Shown: positions 1 through 13,006 of the stretch, piece after piece | How positions within the stretch are numbered: position 1 is the stretch's first letter | Layout of the letters: each line of letters starts with the position of its first letter | Origin: Chrysomallon squamiferum | Lineage: Eukaryota > Animalia > Mollusca | Direction of reading: 5' to 3' | Assembly (NCBI GenBank): GCA_012295275.1 | Contig: CM022679.1 | Location: 12,090,001 to 12,154,000 of the forward strand | DNA: 64,000 nucleotides | The notes under the pieces: model-generated | Seen by the model: only the letters and a program-made list of their open reading frames with translations | Databases searched by the model: none | What the model was told of the DNA's origin: nothing | Position numbers and translations under genes: made by a program

Positions 1-760
1 GCAATCAATCATGTTGCTGGCCGCCTCCGAGGACGCTTCGGTTGATGCCTTGTCACATTTCTTTCCTCTGATATTGAAAAGGTTCTGGCTTCAGCTAAAT
101 TGTCGCGCCAGTTCATCAATGCGCGACTTGACTGAAGAGATCATTTAAATTTGAATTGGTTATTCTTGTTATTGTATCCGCGCAAGGGGTATGGACGTTT
201 GCATTTGTCAAGAGTACCACTTTAATCTGGTGTCATCAGCAGAGATAAGGCAAAATGGACTGGGATATTGATCGCGGCGGGTACGGCTTGGTTTTAATGT
301 GAATATTTATCAGACTTTGTCTCATTCCCCTTGTCAGATGGTATTGCACGGGAGAGATCAATTTGTACCAATGAATTGTTTCTTTCCGTTTACAGCCCAC
401 GAGTCCAGTCAGAAGAAGGACACTTCATTCAAACTAGTAAACGCAAATTTGCACACTAGAATTTATTAGCAAAGGACAAGTAACAACCAACAGCTTTTAA
501 TTATATTTTTCTTTTTGGTATGCTTTCAACAGTTAAAAAAAAAAAAAAAAAAAAAATAATAATAAATAGAGTAAAGAAAATAAAGAAAACAATACTGCAA
601 TCACAACGATATCGACAACTGTAACAAAAACAGTTAAATTATGATGATGATAGTAGCTGATTTCATAGAAAAATTAATATTTTGATATATATATTTATCA
701 GACTTTGTCCTTAAATCTAGACATATAATTACGTTATTATTATTATTATTTATTATTATT

Positions 761-812
<52 letters not shown>

Positions 813-2063
813 TTTAATTTTATTTAATTTTATTTTTTTCAAATTTAATTTGTACCATAGAATGCGCGGTTTTACAATGGATTTATAACTGATGCATTAA
901 AGTTATTTATTTCTTTTGTTTTCCTTTGATTTGTATTAACTTCTGAAAATACCAGAGGAGATTAAATCAAACATTTCAAATAAATATTTTTATCTAAATA
1001 AACAAATGCTAAATTTGCAATAATTCTATCAGTAATAGAAAAGGATAAATTTAAAGAAAAACGGCAATAAAAATATTAATAAGAATGTAATAGAAAAATA
1101 TATATGTAAAAAAAAATAAAATAATAATAATAATAAAAGGCTGTCAGAGAGAATAAAGAAGAAAGAAGGAAGAATGAAAGGAAAAACAAAACAGGCAATA
1201 AAATAAATAAATACTGCTACTAGTGCTACTGGGGCTACTATTACTACTACTACTGTTACTCTTCCTTTACAACAATAACAGCAGCTTCTTTTACCACTAC
1301 TACTACTACTTAAACTGCTACCACCTTTACAATAATCTCAACAATAACAGTAACAACAACAAAAATAACAACAGTAACAACAACAAAAATAACAACAGAA
1401 GCAACAACAATAACACAACAACAGCAACATTAATAATAACGATTATGACAATGATCATGATCATATTAATAATAAAATGTATTCTTAACAACACTAACAA
1501 AGGAAACATCAGATACGGGATGGAGGAAAAAACGAAGTATAACGTAAAAAATGTTTTATTTGAATTGTATTTTTAAAACATTTTTTTTTTCGGTGGGGGG
1601 AAGGAGTTTGCTATAATGCTTCTCAAAAACTAGAAAATCTCTTGGGTTCAACGGCAGTGAGTTTTGAGCATCCATTAATTTTGTGTTATTGTCACATATC
1701 ATGTCATATGCCATCCATTATCACAAGTTTTCTCGGCCACAATTGCCGAGAAATGGATGAATAAATCCAGGGCTATCCATTATAACTGACAAAAGACTTT
1801 CAAATAAAGTCTTTTTTTTTTTACTGTTTGACAGTTATGATTATGCACTGATGTCCATTGTCGAGGGAGAAAAACCTTTAAGCCTCGGCAGTATTAAATA
1901 TTGATAATATGGGTATTTTTGATCATCGTGTGTTTGTTTGTGAAACATAATGAATATAAGTTACTGTCTATTATATCAGTTGGCTGTGTTTTCTTTTCTT
2001 TTTAGTGTGTATATATATGTATGTATGTATTTATGTATTTATGGTTGTATGTATGTATGTATG

Positions 2064-2098
<35 letters not shown>

Positions 2099-2657
2099 GT
2101 ATGTATATTTCTATGTATAACTGTAAATACTATATAACTCAAAAGATGTATAATCTACATAACTACAAATTCTGAATCAAATATCTTTAAACCTGTGTGT
2201 TTTGCTTGTGCCTGCATATATGTGTGTGAGTGTTTAAAATTCAGTATCATTAATATTAACTCATATACGCCATATGTATTAATATAATTCGATGGGTTAG
2301 AATAACTAAATTATTACAAGTTTACACAAAGAATATCAATAACGTGCGTCTGTTGGAAAAAGACTCGAAAAGTTGGCTAACGTCGGCAACAAATACTATA
2401 AGCCTAAATAAATATTTATAGATTTTGCAGTAAATCACGCTGTTTGTTAATTCATATGTCACAGGCAGACACTCGGGCGCACAAACAGAAAGAAAAATAC
2501 ATACAGACAAAGGAACTGATAGACAGAGGTTAAACCTTGGAATTAGGACTGTCAAGTTCTAAGATCAGATCTTGCTATTGTTCCGTACCAGACCTGTGAA
2601 ACTAATACATCGACTCTTCTAAGAATATTTTCTAACACTGTAATATAAGACTGTCTA

Positions 2658-2765
2658 AGATAGATGTTTAGAACTGAATGCAAAAGATAGATATTAAGAA
2701 CTAAATGCAAAAGATAGATATTAAGATCTGAATTCAAACGATAGATATTAAGAACTGAATTCAAA
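2658..2765. repeat. 27-bp tandem repeat, 4 copies
   Basis: Unit agatagatattaagaactgaat(g/t)caaa repeated four times. Confidence 0.9.
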
Positions 2766-2924
2766 GTGATGCATATATTTTGCATAATACTATCTTGACT
2801 AGATATTAAAAATCACCTATACTAACCTGAAATTGTCTAAGTTATATATTAACAAGTACTTGTTTTTCTATATATTATAAAAGTTATCTTGGAATAAAAC
2901 CAGTACCTACTGCTTCCTACTCCA

Positions 2925-3210
2925 AATGATTACGTAATTCAATGGTACAGATCAGTAAAAGTTTGGTGGGTCGACTGGTTGATCCTTTTTGGTGAACCTG
3001 CTGGACTATTTCTTGTTCCAGCCAATGATTTATACGGTATGGAGCACAAAAAGAAATCTCTAGATGGAAAGAGTAGACTACCAAGTGGCGGCAGCTGGAT
3101 TTCTACTTCGTTATCCGAATTTTATTTAACCATTTGTACAAGGCTACATAACCGTCCTTAATAATAAATGTTTAGTATGTTATTACATAAAACATTTCCT
3201 TCCTTCCTTT
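2925..3210 (+). mobile_element. Decayed near-full-length tRNA-derived SINE (mollusc Meta/MESC-type family)
   Basis: Degenerate A-box (acgtaattcaatggtacag) and B-box (ggttgatcc), then tggactatttcttgttccagcca, gagtagactaccaagtggcggcagc, and a 3' tail ataaaacatttccttccttcc. These blocks match, from memory, an abundant gastropod SINE consensus; not checked against a library. Confidence 0.7.
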
Positions 3211-4174
3211 AAATGATTACATTCTGTTTGTGTGAACATAAAACATAATCAAGTTTGTATGTTTTAGGATCTACTATCGATTCCCTATGGTTTAATTATT
3301 AAAAATAATTTAAGTAAGTGTATGCAGAATATAATATGTACAGTTGTTTCATACATCATTACTGTAAAGCGATTATTTACTCGACATTATATTTCAAAAA
3401 TTTACATACATTAAGTCTGGCGAAATGAAATAAAATTGTCATCGAAGTGTATTAAATATATAGTTTTTAATATGAAATAAAATTAGAAGATTTTTTCATG
3501 AAGCTCTGCGCAAAGAAGTCATACGTTCGTGTAAAACTTTTTATCGAAACCGAAATTTATTCTTAGAGAGAACACAGTGTGCTGTATATATGTTTTTTCA
3601 GGTATTGGATTCCACCTTGAATTTAATTATATATTTAAATCTTCTGACACTCTTTAAATAAGAGTGAAGAAAATATTTACCTAACGATATAAAATGCATC
3701 TTATCCATTTTAAGCATTGTTAAACTAGAATATGATATTTAGTTATTTAATTAGGGATATATGTGACAGAGTGTGTTCTCCACGGTAATATTTATTTAGT
3801 TTTAACTTTTAAATAGAACTGCACATATTTATCTTTCACACTATACTTTATAAGAATATAGTCATTATTATTTACTGTGAAACACTTGATCCTGAAAGGG
3901 GAAATCTATAAATGGCTGGCAATGGAGAATGATCCTTTGACTTTGGGAATATCAAAGTGACACCCTACTGGAGTTCTTAAACCTTTTTCTTTCACGAATA
4001 AGACAGACACGAACACTTTTTTTCGTGGTTAATTTGAAAAATATGAAATAGTGTGATGCAGTGTCTTGCTAGAATTTTCGAAACTGGCACTATTATCGTC
4101 TGAAATGACATTAGATAAATGTGATTGAGCACTGGTGAGACAATTCCATTTATTCTTATCAATTCATCTTAGTT

Positions 4175-4300
4175 GAAACGACAAGCCAATAAATGAACAC
4201 ATTATAGACCTGTCATACAGGAACGGACAAGCCAATCAGCGAAAGCGTCACATCACTTGTCAAACGTCACAGTCGAAGAACGAGAGTTATTATCGTCACA
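4175..4300. promoter_or_regulatory. Paired CCAAT boxes with CRE half-sites
   Basis: GACAAGCCAAT at 4180-4190 and 4226-4236, followed by three CGTCAC half-sites (about 4246, 4265, 4293). Confidence 0.3.
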
Positions 4301-5126
4301 TTTTTGGAATGGGTTTAAAAATAGGGATTGAAATGACTAAGTAATGGAATTTTTTAATCACACTATCTGTCAAATAACGCAGAGTTATTGTTCTTACATT
4401 TATGAAAATAAATACTGCGAGATCATACAAACAAAACACGAAGACACACACGTTTAATTGTGTAGATGTCTCGCAGACAACAGTCTGTTTTAAATTAAGC
4501 GCGTTTCCCAGCATTAAGTATCTACATATTGTTGTTGTTGATATTGTTGCTGCTACTGCAGTTGTTCTTGTTATTACTACTACTACCACTATTACTACTA
4601 CTGCTACTACTATATCTGCTATTATTATTATTATTATGATTATTATTATTATGGATTTTATATAATCATCCATTTTACATTGGATTTGACATGTTCGCGT
4701 CTGAATTGGCGAAATCATCGCTTATGACACGACACTTGATGCAGACATTCATTGTTTGTAACAACATTACAAATGAGATAACACTTCAAAGTGTCGTTCA
4801 ATACTAACAACCAAGCCTAAAACACACTCTGTTTTCCCGTGATTTTATTTTCTTTGACGATTCTTTTTTTTTGCCACAGTGACTTTTATACATATTCTTT
4901 TTCCAAACACATTAAGTCTGACTGACTATTGATTACAAACATATTGTATATTACTGGTAAGATCAATTTTAATCTTTACTGCAACTAGTGCTGTTCTTCT
5001 ATTATTACTACTCCCACTACTACTGCTGTTGCTGCTGCTGCTCCTAACACAACTACTGCAAATGTTATTGATGTTATAATGATGATAAACACATTTTCTG
5101 CGTTGCGTTTATAAGTATAATGTCTT

Positions 5127-5252
<126 letters not shown>

Positions 5253-6716
5253 CCTGCGTCTGTGTACAATACACCACCATTCCTAATTAAAATCTACAAG
5301 GAGCGACATCGAGGAAGGGAAATAGGGCAGCAAACACAGTTCATAATGTCGTTAACTGTCGAATTCCGTCTTTAAAAATTTACAAAAACATCATGCTTGA
5401 ATTATTAAAGAGACCTTGTCGGAGACGGTCACGTGACAGACACGTTAAATATTCCAAACGACTTCAGGTGTACGACACGGAACAGCCCGATTCAATTTAT
5501 CAACTCTTCTGGCTTGACTGGTCACTTGAAGACATGTTTATTAGCGTCTGGTTACCACTGCATGCGTATTACAACTCCAGCAGTCATGAAAATGATACAT
5601 TTATTTTAATAAATAGCGAAAATGAGCAGCAGTTTATCACTGAATGGTTTTTCTATGCTAATAATTCTCGTTAGTTTTCTTCCTGTGTCGACTCGTGGGA
5701 ATCATAAAAATCTTTGATCATTCCCATGGAAATATAATTTCTGTATTTTAATAATGTATGCTTTTAGCAGCGACTTTGTTCGATTCGGTTTTTAATTTCT
5801 AGTTATTTTTTTTCTCCCACACTATATTTCTTTCAAGTGTTTTTATTTAACTGGAAAAAAAACAAAAAACATACAAACCCTACCCAATACTATTAATAAT
5901 AAATAAATAAAACCAACAACAACAAAAACAACAAACATATCCCATCTTTCATTTACCTCATACAATCGTTATAACAGATTACACTTTAATAACAATAATA
6001 GTAGTACTAGTATTATTAATAATAATATGTGCATAAGCTCTAGATAAAGTAGTAGTAGCAGTAGTAGCAGTAACAGTCGTGTTATTATGCTGTAAAACTG
6101 TTTATTTCATATGTTTTATTTAAATAGGTTTAAGTCTAATCAGAAAATTCATAATTGCGGATAATAGAAGCATATGCTGTAAAATCATAAGATAGAGTGA
6201 ATCTAAAACAATGTCAAAAATGATTTTAAAAACCCAGATTTCTAGTCCTTTATATAAAACATGTTATAACTTTCTTCGCTAAACTTCCGGTAGCAGTTTT
6301 CATGGAATAAAACTTACAGTGATTTAGCTTCTTCATTTATCTTAACCAAGTTACATTTGTTTCTACACAGCTTTGTGCCTGCTTGAAGTTTACCAAAATT
6401 AAAGAAAATCGTGTTGAATTTGGCTGAATTAGGTTCAGAGTAAAAAGACAAATCTGTAGCTCAGTAATTCCATTTTGGTGCATGACGAAATCCATCATTG
6501 TCGTAAATCCTGACAGTCCGACTAATGTCGGCAATCTCCGTTTAAGAAGCAGTCGGGGCCCAATTTGGGATCGGATAAGAGAGAAAATTCTACAAATCAT
6601 TTTCTTTGCTGAAATGTAGTTGAAGTTAAAATTTAATGTATAAAGCTGTTCAATATAGTAATCAATTTTGTTATTAAATTAAATAAACAAACAAACAAAC
6701 AACATACATACATACA

Positions 6717-6752
<36 letters not shown>

Positions 6753-7059
6753 AGCAGAAGTAGTAGTAATAATAGTAAAACTATTTAGATGGACTGTTAA
6801 AAAGTGATATCTAAACAGATGACAGTATTATTGCAGAAATCTAATTGGTACCATCGCAGATGCTATGCAGTTTGATCTAGCTACTGAAACATCCCTAACA
6901 AGTTACAGTGTTACTTACTGTGCAGTGTATTTATAGTAACAGTACTATGACGACTATGACATTACTACTGCTGCTACTGCCATTAGTACTATCGCCACCT
7001 TCAACACCACAATTACCACTACTACTACTACTACAAGCAGATTATTATCGTCATTGTTT

Positions 7060-7275
7060 AGTAAGCATCCCGGTATGGCCCATTTTGTACTATACAAATA
7101 ACTACAAGTACCGGACAGACCAGAAAACCGGAAGTTTTTCCCATACGCTACTTTCATAGTTCGCAGGCGCGGGTGTTGTCCTCACCAGACCGGAACTACT
7201 CTTTCAAGCCGCGTGGCGTTCATTCACTCGCCGCATTGTTTACGTATCGAGTCGCCACAGTTGTGTATCGTCAGT
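7060..7275. promoter_or_regulatory. CpG-rich promoter-like island with ETS and ACTACA (ZNF143/THAP11-like) motifs
   Basis: ACTACAAGTACCGG (7101-7114), ACCGGAAGT (7127-7135), CCGGAACTAC (7190-7199) and high CpG density. A further ACTTCCGGT lies at 6283-6291. This motif set is typical of housekeeping or bidirectional promoters; direction unresolved. Confidence 0.45.
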
Positions 7276-8902
7276 TTCCTTTATATTTTAAAGTTTAAAA
7301 TGTTTATGCCTAATTATTTACGTATTTAGATGCCTTGGTACCTCAGGCCTCAAGCCCCAATGAGTTCGGATAATTGGTCCGGTACCTGTATAAGCTGTTT
7401 ATGGCATAACAATGGCTGAACACAGTATTTCTCAAAACCGTCACATGTTCTTTAGCTTTAATAATATAACAAGAGAGAGAGAGAGAGAAAAAACTTTTAG
7501 GAAGCCTGGTTAACACAAAACAAAACAGTATAAAACATAAGATTAATTTCAGACTCCTATATAACTGTCATTGATCTAAGCTGCGACGATAAAACTGTAT
7601 AATTTATATACAAATTGTTCATGACACGTAAGCGCGAGAAACGATCAGATAACAGTTCTGAAGATTTGTTTGCAGCAGTTTTATGATGTCTTGAAGTGTC
7701 TGACATTTATTTCTCTTTTTAACAAACAGCATTAATAAATTTAACAATCAGCTTGAATTTATCTGCAAAATCCATTACTGCTGGTGCAAAAAGTTAAAAA
7801 AACCCAAAACATTCATGAATGTCATTAAATTTTGTATTTATCTGCAGAACGTAATAATCTTATGTTACAAGTTGTAAATTAGAATAAATTGAATTAAAAA
7901 AAATGACCTTGAGTGAACAGATACAGATTCAATCATATACGTAATATAAATAGATAAAAGATGGAAAGAAATTGCATGGGATATATATATATACATACAC
8001 TGAGAGAAAGAGAGAGAGAGAGAGGGGGGATTTTAGAACCTATTTTGAGCCTCTGAGAACTTTGCCGTTAATCTCGATCTCAACTTTTATTCTTTTTTCA
8101 GGCAGATTTACAGCCTTGCACGCGTAGATAGATAATACAAGAACCATCATGTTTGTCTTCGTCGAAGTAACGGGGCGCCCTCTGGTGCTGACCATGCCGA
8201 GATATCAACCAGAGGATTGTTGATTTAATATAGATAGTGCCAGAACCATGTCCCGTAACTCCTTATCATGTCGCTAGATCGTGCAAAAGCCCTTTTGTTT
8301 TCAATCAGACCAATTACTTGCAGTTTTGATTCATTTCACGTTGTCAATAACACAGTTTAATTGAGTGTAATGCAAACGGCGCGGGATCTTCGTGAATGCA
8401 GCAACTGCGAAATCAGCCACAGCTTCCAGGCGTCTTTCTGCTTGACGTTTCCATTGCGATCAGCATCAAAGGGAATCAAAAGTACCTTGCACGTGTATAA
8501 CGACATTTCACGTGGTTTTGATTTACTCGTTCAAGGATAAAACAAATAATTATTATAACATGAACAGGTTTTTAAATTATGGAGAAAGAGAGAGAATGGT
8601 ACAAAATATACCTATTTTTAAGTAGAAAAAAAAAGAAGAGAAAAGAACAAAAAAAGACAAAAAGGACAAAAATAATAATTAAAAAAAAAGAAAGGAAATA
8701 AAATCAACACATTTACTGAAAGAGATTAAACAAAGTTTGATAAAGACAAAGATTCGAAAATCTGAAATCATTATTCAAAAAATGTTATTGTGATGAAAAG
8801 ATAGTACTGGTTTGCTTAAGCAGTACTATTTTTTTTCTTAAAACTGAAAACATAAATAGTTAAAAACTAAAAGTAATATTTAATGTAGTTATACAACACC
8901 AG

Positions 8903-8939
<37 letters not shown>

Positions 8940-9012
8940 CTCTCTCTCTCTCTCTCATATAATCGCACAATACACAAAAGGACACATCAAAACTGGATAA
9001 ATAAAGAAGACT

Positions 9013-9703
9013 TTTATTACTGTACTTGAATATGTTAATTTTCAGGATCAGTTAGGAAGACATTCAACGATACTTTCCTGTAGATATATTTATATATGTT
9101 TTACTCTTGCTCTTTTTTTTTTCTTCTTTTCTCTATGTTCCCCCAGCTGCTAGTGGTCTCAGTCGTTTCCAGTCTCGGAGACGATCAGATTGCATTCCAT
9201 ACCAAACGTCACTTTGTGTAATAGCTTCTGTGTATCTTATTTAGGGTGACATAATTTACCAGGACAAGGAGGAAATGGATCGTGTATCGTCTTTTGCCGT
9301 CCGCATGTGAGCAATTCGTGTTGAAGACATGCCTGACTGAACGAGCTGTTTGACGAAATTATGACTAACACAAATATGATCACGGTTGACAAATTGAGAT
9401 TGCGCCCTACACTTGAGATGCTTTTCCATTTTCATTTCAAAGCAGGGCGAACAAACGCATCTGTCAAGGCAGAATGCTCGCCCACAAAACCACTTGTCAT
9501 AACCGCCAGCTTTTTTGGCGACGGGTCTATCGCGGAGCGAACTTATTGTATGCAGTCGTTTGGCCCCTCCTGTTGGGCTTTGTCACATTCAATTAATACG
9601 GCTATTCTGCCTGTCTGGCGTTGAATATTTGCTGCACCGAATCCTTTCAAATGCGGCGCCGAACTTTTGTCTATAGTGCACGCCCTGCTAACACTGATTA
9701 AGT
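9013..9703 (-). other. Putative 3' UTR of the GPI-type gene, ending near a candidate AATAAA signal
   Basis: Complex GC-richer sequence directly follows the stop codon. The first minus-strand AATAAA I found (tttatt on +) is at about 9013-9018; more distal ones lie near 8086 and 7706. Inferred, with no transcript evidence. Confidence 0.35.
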
Positions 9704-9973
9704 TCAAAAGAGCAGCAGAAACAGTAGTGACAGGACGACATTGTTCGGACGAGTTGCCCATCGTGAAGAGCCGTGCTGCACCGTAGGTGTTGTAATATCT
9801 TTAGACATGTCATTTAGTTTGGGCAGAGACGTGGACGGATAATACCCGCGGGTTGTCATCATCGGCGCCGATTCCTCGGTTAGTTCGCAATAAAGACTCG
9901 TCTGAGTTTGAACTGGATGCGGAAGGCTGAGCACAAAGTTGATGTGACAATCCATCTTGTCAAAATAGCATTC
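9704..9973 (-). CDS. Probable last coding exon of a secreted, GPI-anchored (or C-terminally membrane-anchored) cell-surface protein of unidentified family
   Basis: Minus-strand acceptor tcttattttcag|GAA at 9973, in frame (phase 0) with ORF 9704..9955. Translation: ECYFDKMDCHINFVLSLPHPVQTQTSLYCELTEESAPMMTTRGYYPSTSLPKLNDMSKDITTPTVQHGSSRWATRPNNVVLSLLFLLLF*. It has three Cys, then an S/T/P-rich stalk, small residues (GSS) as a candidate omega site, a polar spacer and a terminal hydrophobic run. GC content is elevated and the sequence is non-repetitive. No family recognised and no upstream exon identified. Confidence 0.62.
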   Translation of the reverse strand, partial: ECYFDKMDCHINFVLSLPHPVQTQTSLYCELTEESAPMMTTRGYYPSTSLPKLNDMSKDITTPTVQHGSSRWATRPNNVVLSLLFLLLF

Positions 9974-10335
9974 CTGAAAATAAGATTATAAACAGAGTCA
10001 GCAATATGATGATGATTTAATTATTTCAGTGCTGGTCTTATTTCTATTCTTATTGTGCTGTGAAGGTTTTGTGGAGTCGTAGAGTGTAGATATGTCTGAT
10101 AACTATGAGGTAGAATAAAAAAGATAAGACGCCTTTTTTTTTGTCGGACAGTTATGTTTTCTCTATGAATAAAATAACAAAACAATAAAATTAAATAATT
10201 AATTGATTTTGCTTGTTTCTTTATGTATTAAAACCTATTAGTTTTCAGGTGATATTATTCAATTTCATCAGTACTCAGGCAAATAAAAAGGATAGTTTGT
10301 GTATGTGAGTGCGTGTGTGCATGTGTGAAAGAAGG

Positions 10336-10336
<1 letters not shown>

Positions 10337-10413
<77 letters not shown>
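10337..10413. repeat. (CT)n microsatellite
   Basis: Seen directly. Another lies at about 51249-51337. Confidence 0.97.
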
Positions 10414-10420
<7 letters not shown>

Positions 10421-11537
10421 TTAACTTAAATCTAACCACACACACAAGTGCATATACGGCATCCAGTGAAATATTCCATGGAAATACAGTTAATTCATTA
10501 TTTATTCTCGGCAGACTTGATGAAGTGAGTTGAAGCTTCGCAGACGCCCGTGGGACTCAATAATAAGAGGGGATTCAACCGACAATCAAAGACAATTTTA
10601 TGCCACTTTCCCTGATGTAGCTGCTTGTTTGCTCGTCACTAACGATTTATTTCCTCTACATAACTTTAATTTATTCTCGCTAGCTGGTTAAGCTGCGGTA
10701 TGAGCTTTTGACAAATACGCACCACAGTTTTCACCCTTGGGCCCAATATCCGCAAACAGAACTGTGATTATCCAGGCATACAAAAGGATTGCCTTGGTTG
10801 AAGCCAAGTTGGTCTCATCAAGGTCAAATATGCCCGAGGTGAGAAGCACGTTGGGGAAAGAATAAGGGAGATAATTTGGGAAGTCACTTGGATGGCGATT
10901 GAAGAGTTCCGCTGGAGGCATGGAAGCCCTCCGTGGCCCTACTTGAAAAGCACTGATTGTCAGTTGTGTGCCGAATTCTGTTTTTGAGTCGAAGTTACAA
11001 TGCTTCATTTAATTGTAGGTTAAAGGGCATAATTATAATTTTTAATTATTTCAATTTTTGCCACTTGCTTCATGTGTCACACAGTTTAGAGTTAATGAAC
11101 ATACACTGACAATGATTCGATTGTGACACTGCTGCCTTTAGTAATAAACATTTTAATACTCAAAATTTATGTGTATATATTACAAAACAGTATTGTATCT
11201 TTTATCTATTTTCTCTTATCACAACTTTTGATATTTCCTGGCATTAGCGAGACAATTTTTTATTACACTGCGCCCTACTCTTGAGAAGCCACATAAAATA
11301 TATAGAAATAAAAAGAGACCCTGGGACCTGTCAAATTTTTACATTAGGAATAATGTATGTGATATTTATAAACATATAGACATGTGTTAATATAAGCAAC
11401 AAAGATAACGAAGTAAATGGAAGTAGGGGTAAAAAGTATGTGTGCATGAGTGAGAAATAGAGAGATAGTTATATTATTATTATATATTTATTTATTTAAG
11501 TTTTATTTATTTATATTATATAAATATACACACATAC

Positions 11538-11647
<110 letters not shown>

Positions 11648-12946
11648 TCTGTAGCGTAGGAGCAGTCTTAATGATAATGCCGGAATATTATGTAAATACA
11701 CATGCACACATATTCTTTTAAAATAACGTATCTAATGAGTTTTCGAAGAATATTTGTCTTCATAAGGAAAGTCATGCAATATTAAATGAATATTCACAAC
11801 ACGGTGGCGTCCTTTACCACTCTTGGCTTGCATGGTGATTGAAATATATTTTATTGCATGCAATTCTTACATCTTTAGATTTTGTTATATTATATTCTAT
11901 TTTATTTGTCAAAATGATTTTTTAAATTTTATTTATTTTTTTTTTTTTTTTTTATTATTATTATTTTTTTATTATTTTTTTTATTATTATTATTTTTTTA
12001 TTATTATTTTTTTTTTCTTTATCATTATTTTGTTTAATGCATATATTAGAGTGAATGTATTTGCATGTATTTGCGTAGATTTTAAAATTTTAATGTAGAT
12101 ATATGTTTATATTTAATTAATGAAGGTGTATGTTGCATAATTATTGGTGTGGAGGATTTCAGTTCAGTAGAGAGGAGGTAATAGAGATATACACAAACAG
12201 GGAGAGGAAATACACAGATATATGTACATAATAAATGAAAAAAAAAAAATAGGAATAATAAATAAAATAAAATAGAATAAAATAAAATAAAATAAAATAA
12301 AATAAAATAAATTAAAATAAAATAAAATAAAACAAAATAAAATAAAGTAAAGTAAACAAGTAAACAAATAAATAAATAAATACAAATATCACATTTAATC
12401 TGACATTATTTTCTCACAATAAACAGGTCTCGGTAGTTTAAAGGTTTAACCAGCCTTTTAATGTACACTGTCACATAAAAGCCAACTGTTAAGCATTTAC
12501 AGACACCAACAGGTTATGCCAAATGATAGATAAAACGTAAAATAGAGACAATTTCTGAATGAACCGTATTATCGGGACAGGTAAATGGTCGTAATAAAAT
12601 TTACTAATGTCTTGCTGTAAAGAAACGAACAGTTACGTCCAACTACTTGAAGCAATATGTCACCTTTGGTCGATAAATTTGTATTACGCGTGTCTTCCAG
12701 GGTGGAATAAATTAATTTCACGCTCGAAACGACGTAGTATTGTGTATATTTTTATAATGCCATACAAAATCGAAAATATCTTTGTGGCACCAGCAGGCTT
12801 CTTCTTTCGTAATCCGTAGGTGTTAAAATGACCGATTTATTAATGATGTCCCGTGGGCTTTATAATTAAATAATTATTCAGGCAATACCAATAAAAATCA
12901 GCTGTTGTATCACTGATATGATTATAACAGGTTTCGGCTTGAAAGA

Positions 12947-13006
<60 letters not shown>

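Noticed and set aside
10688-11008. 106-aa minus-strand ORF close to the terminal exon, as a candidate upstream exon
   Set aside because: No recognisable domain, no good phase-0 donor, and it ends in its own stop codon.
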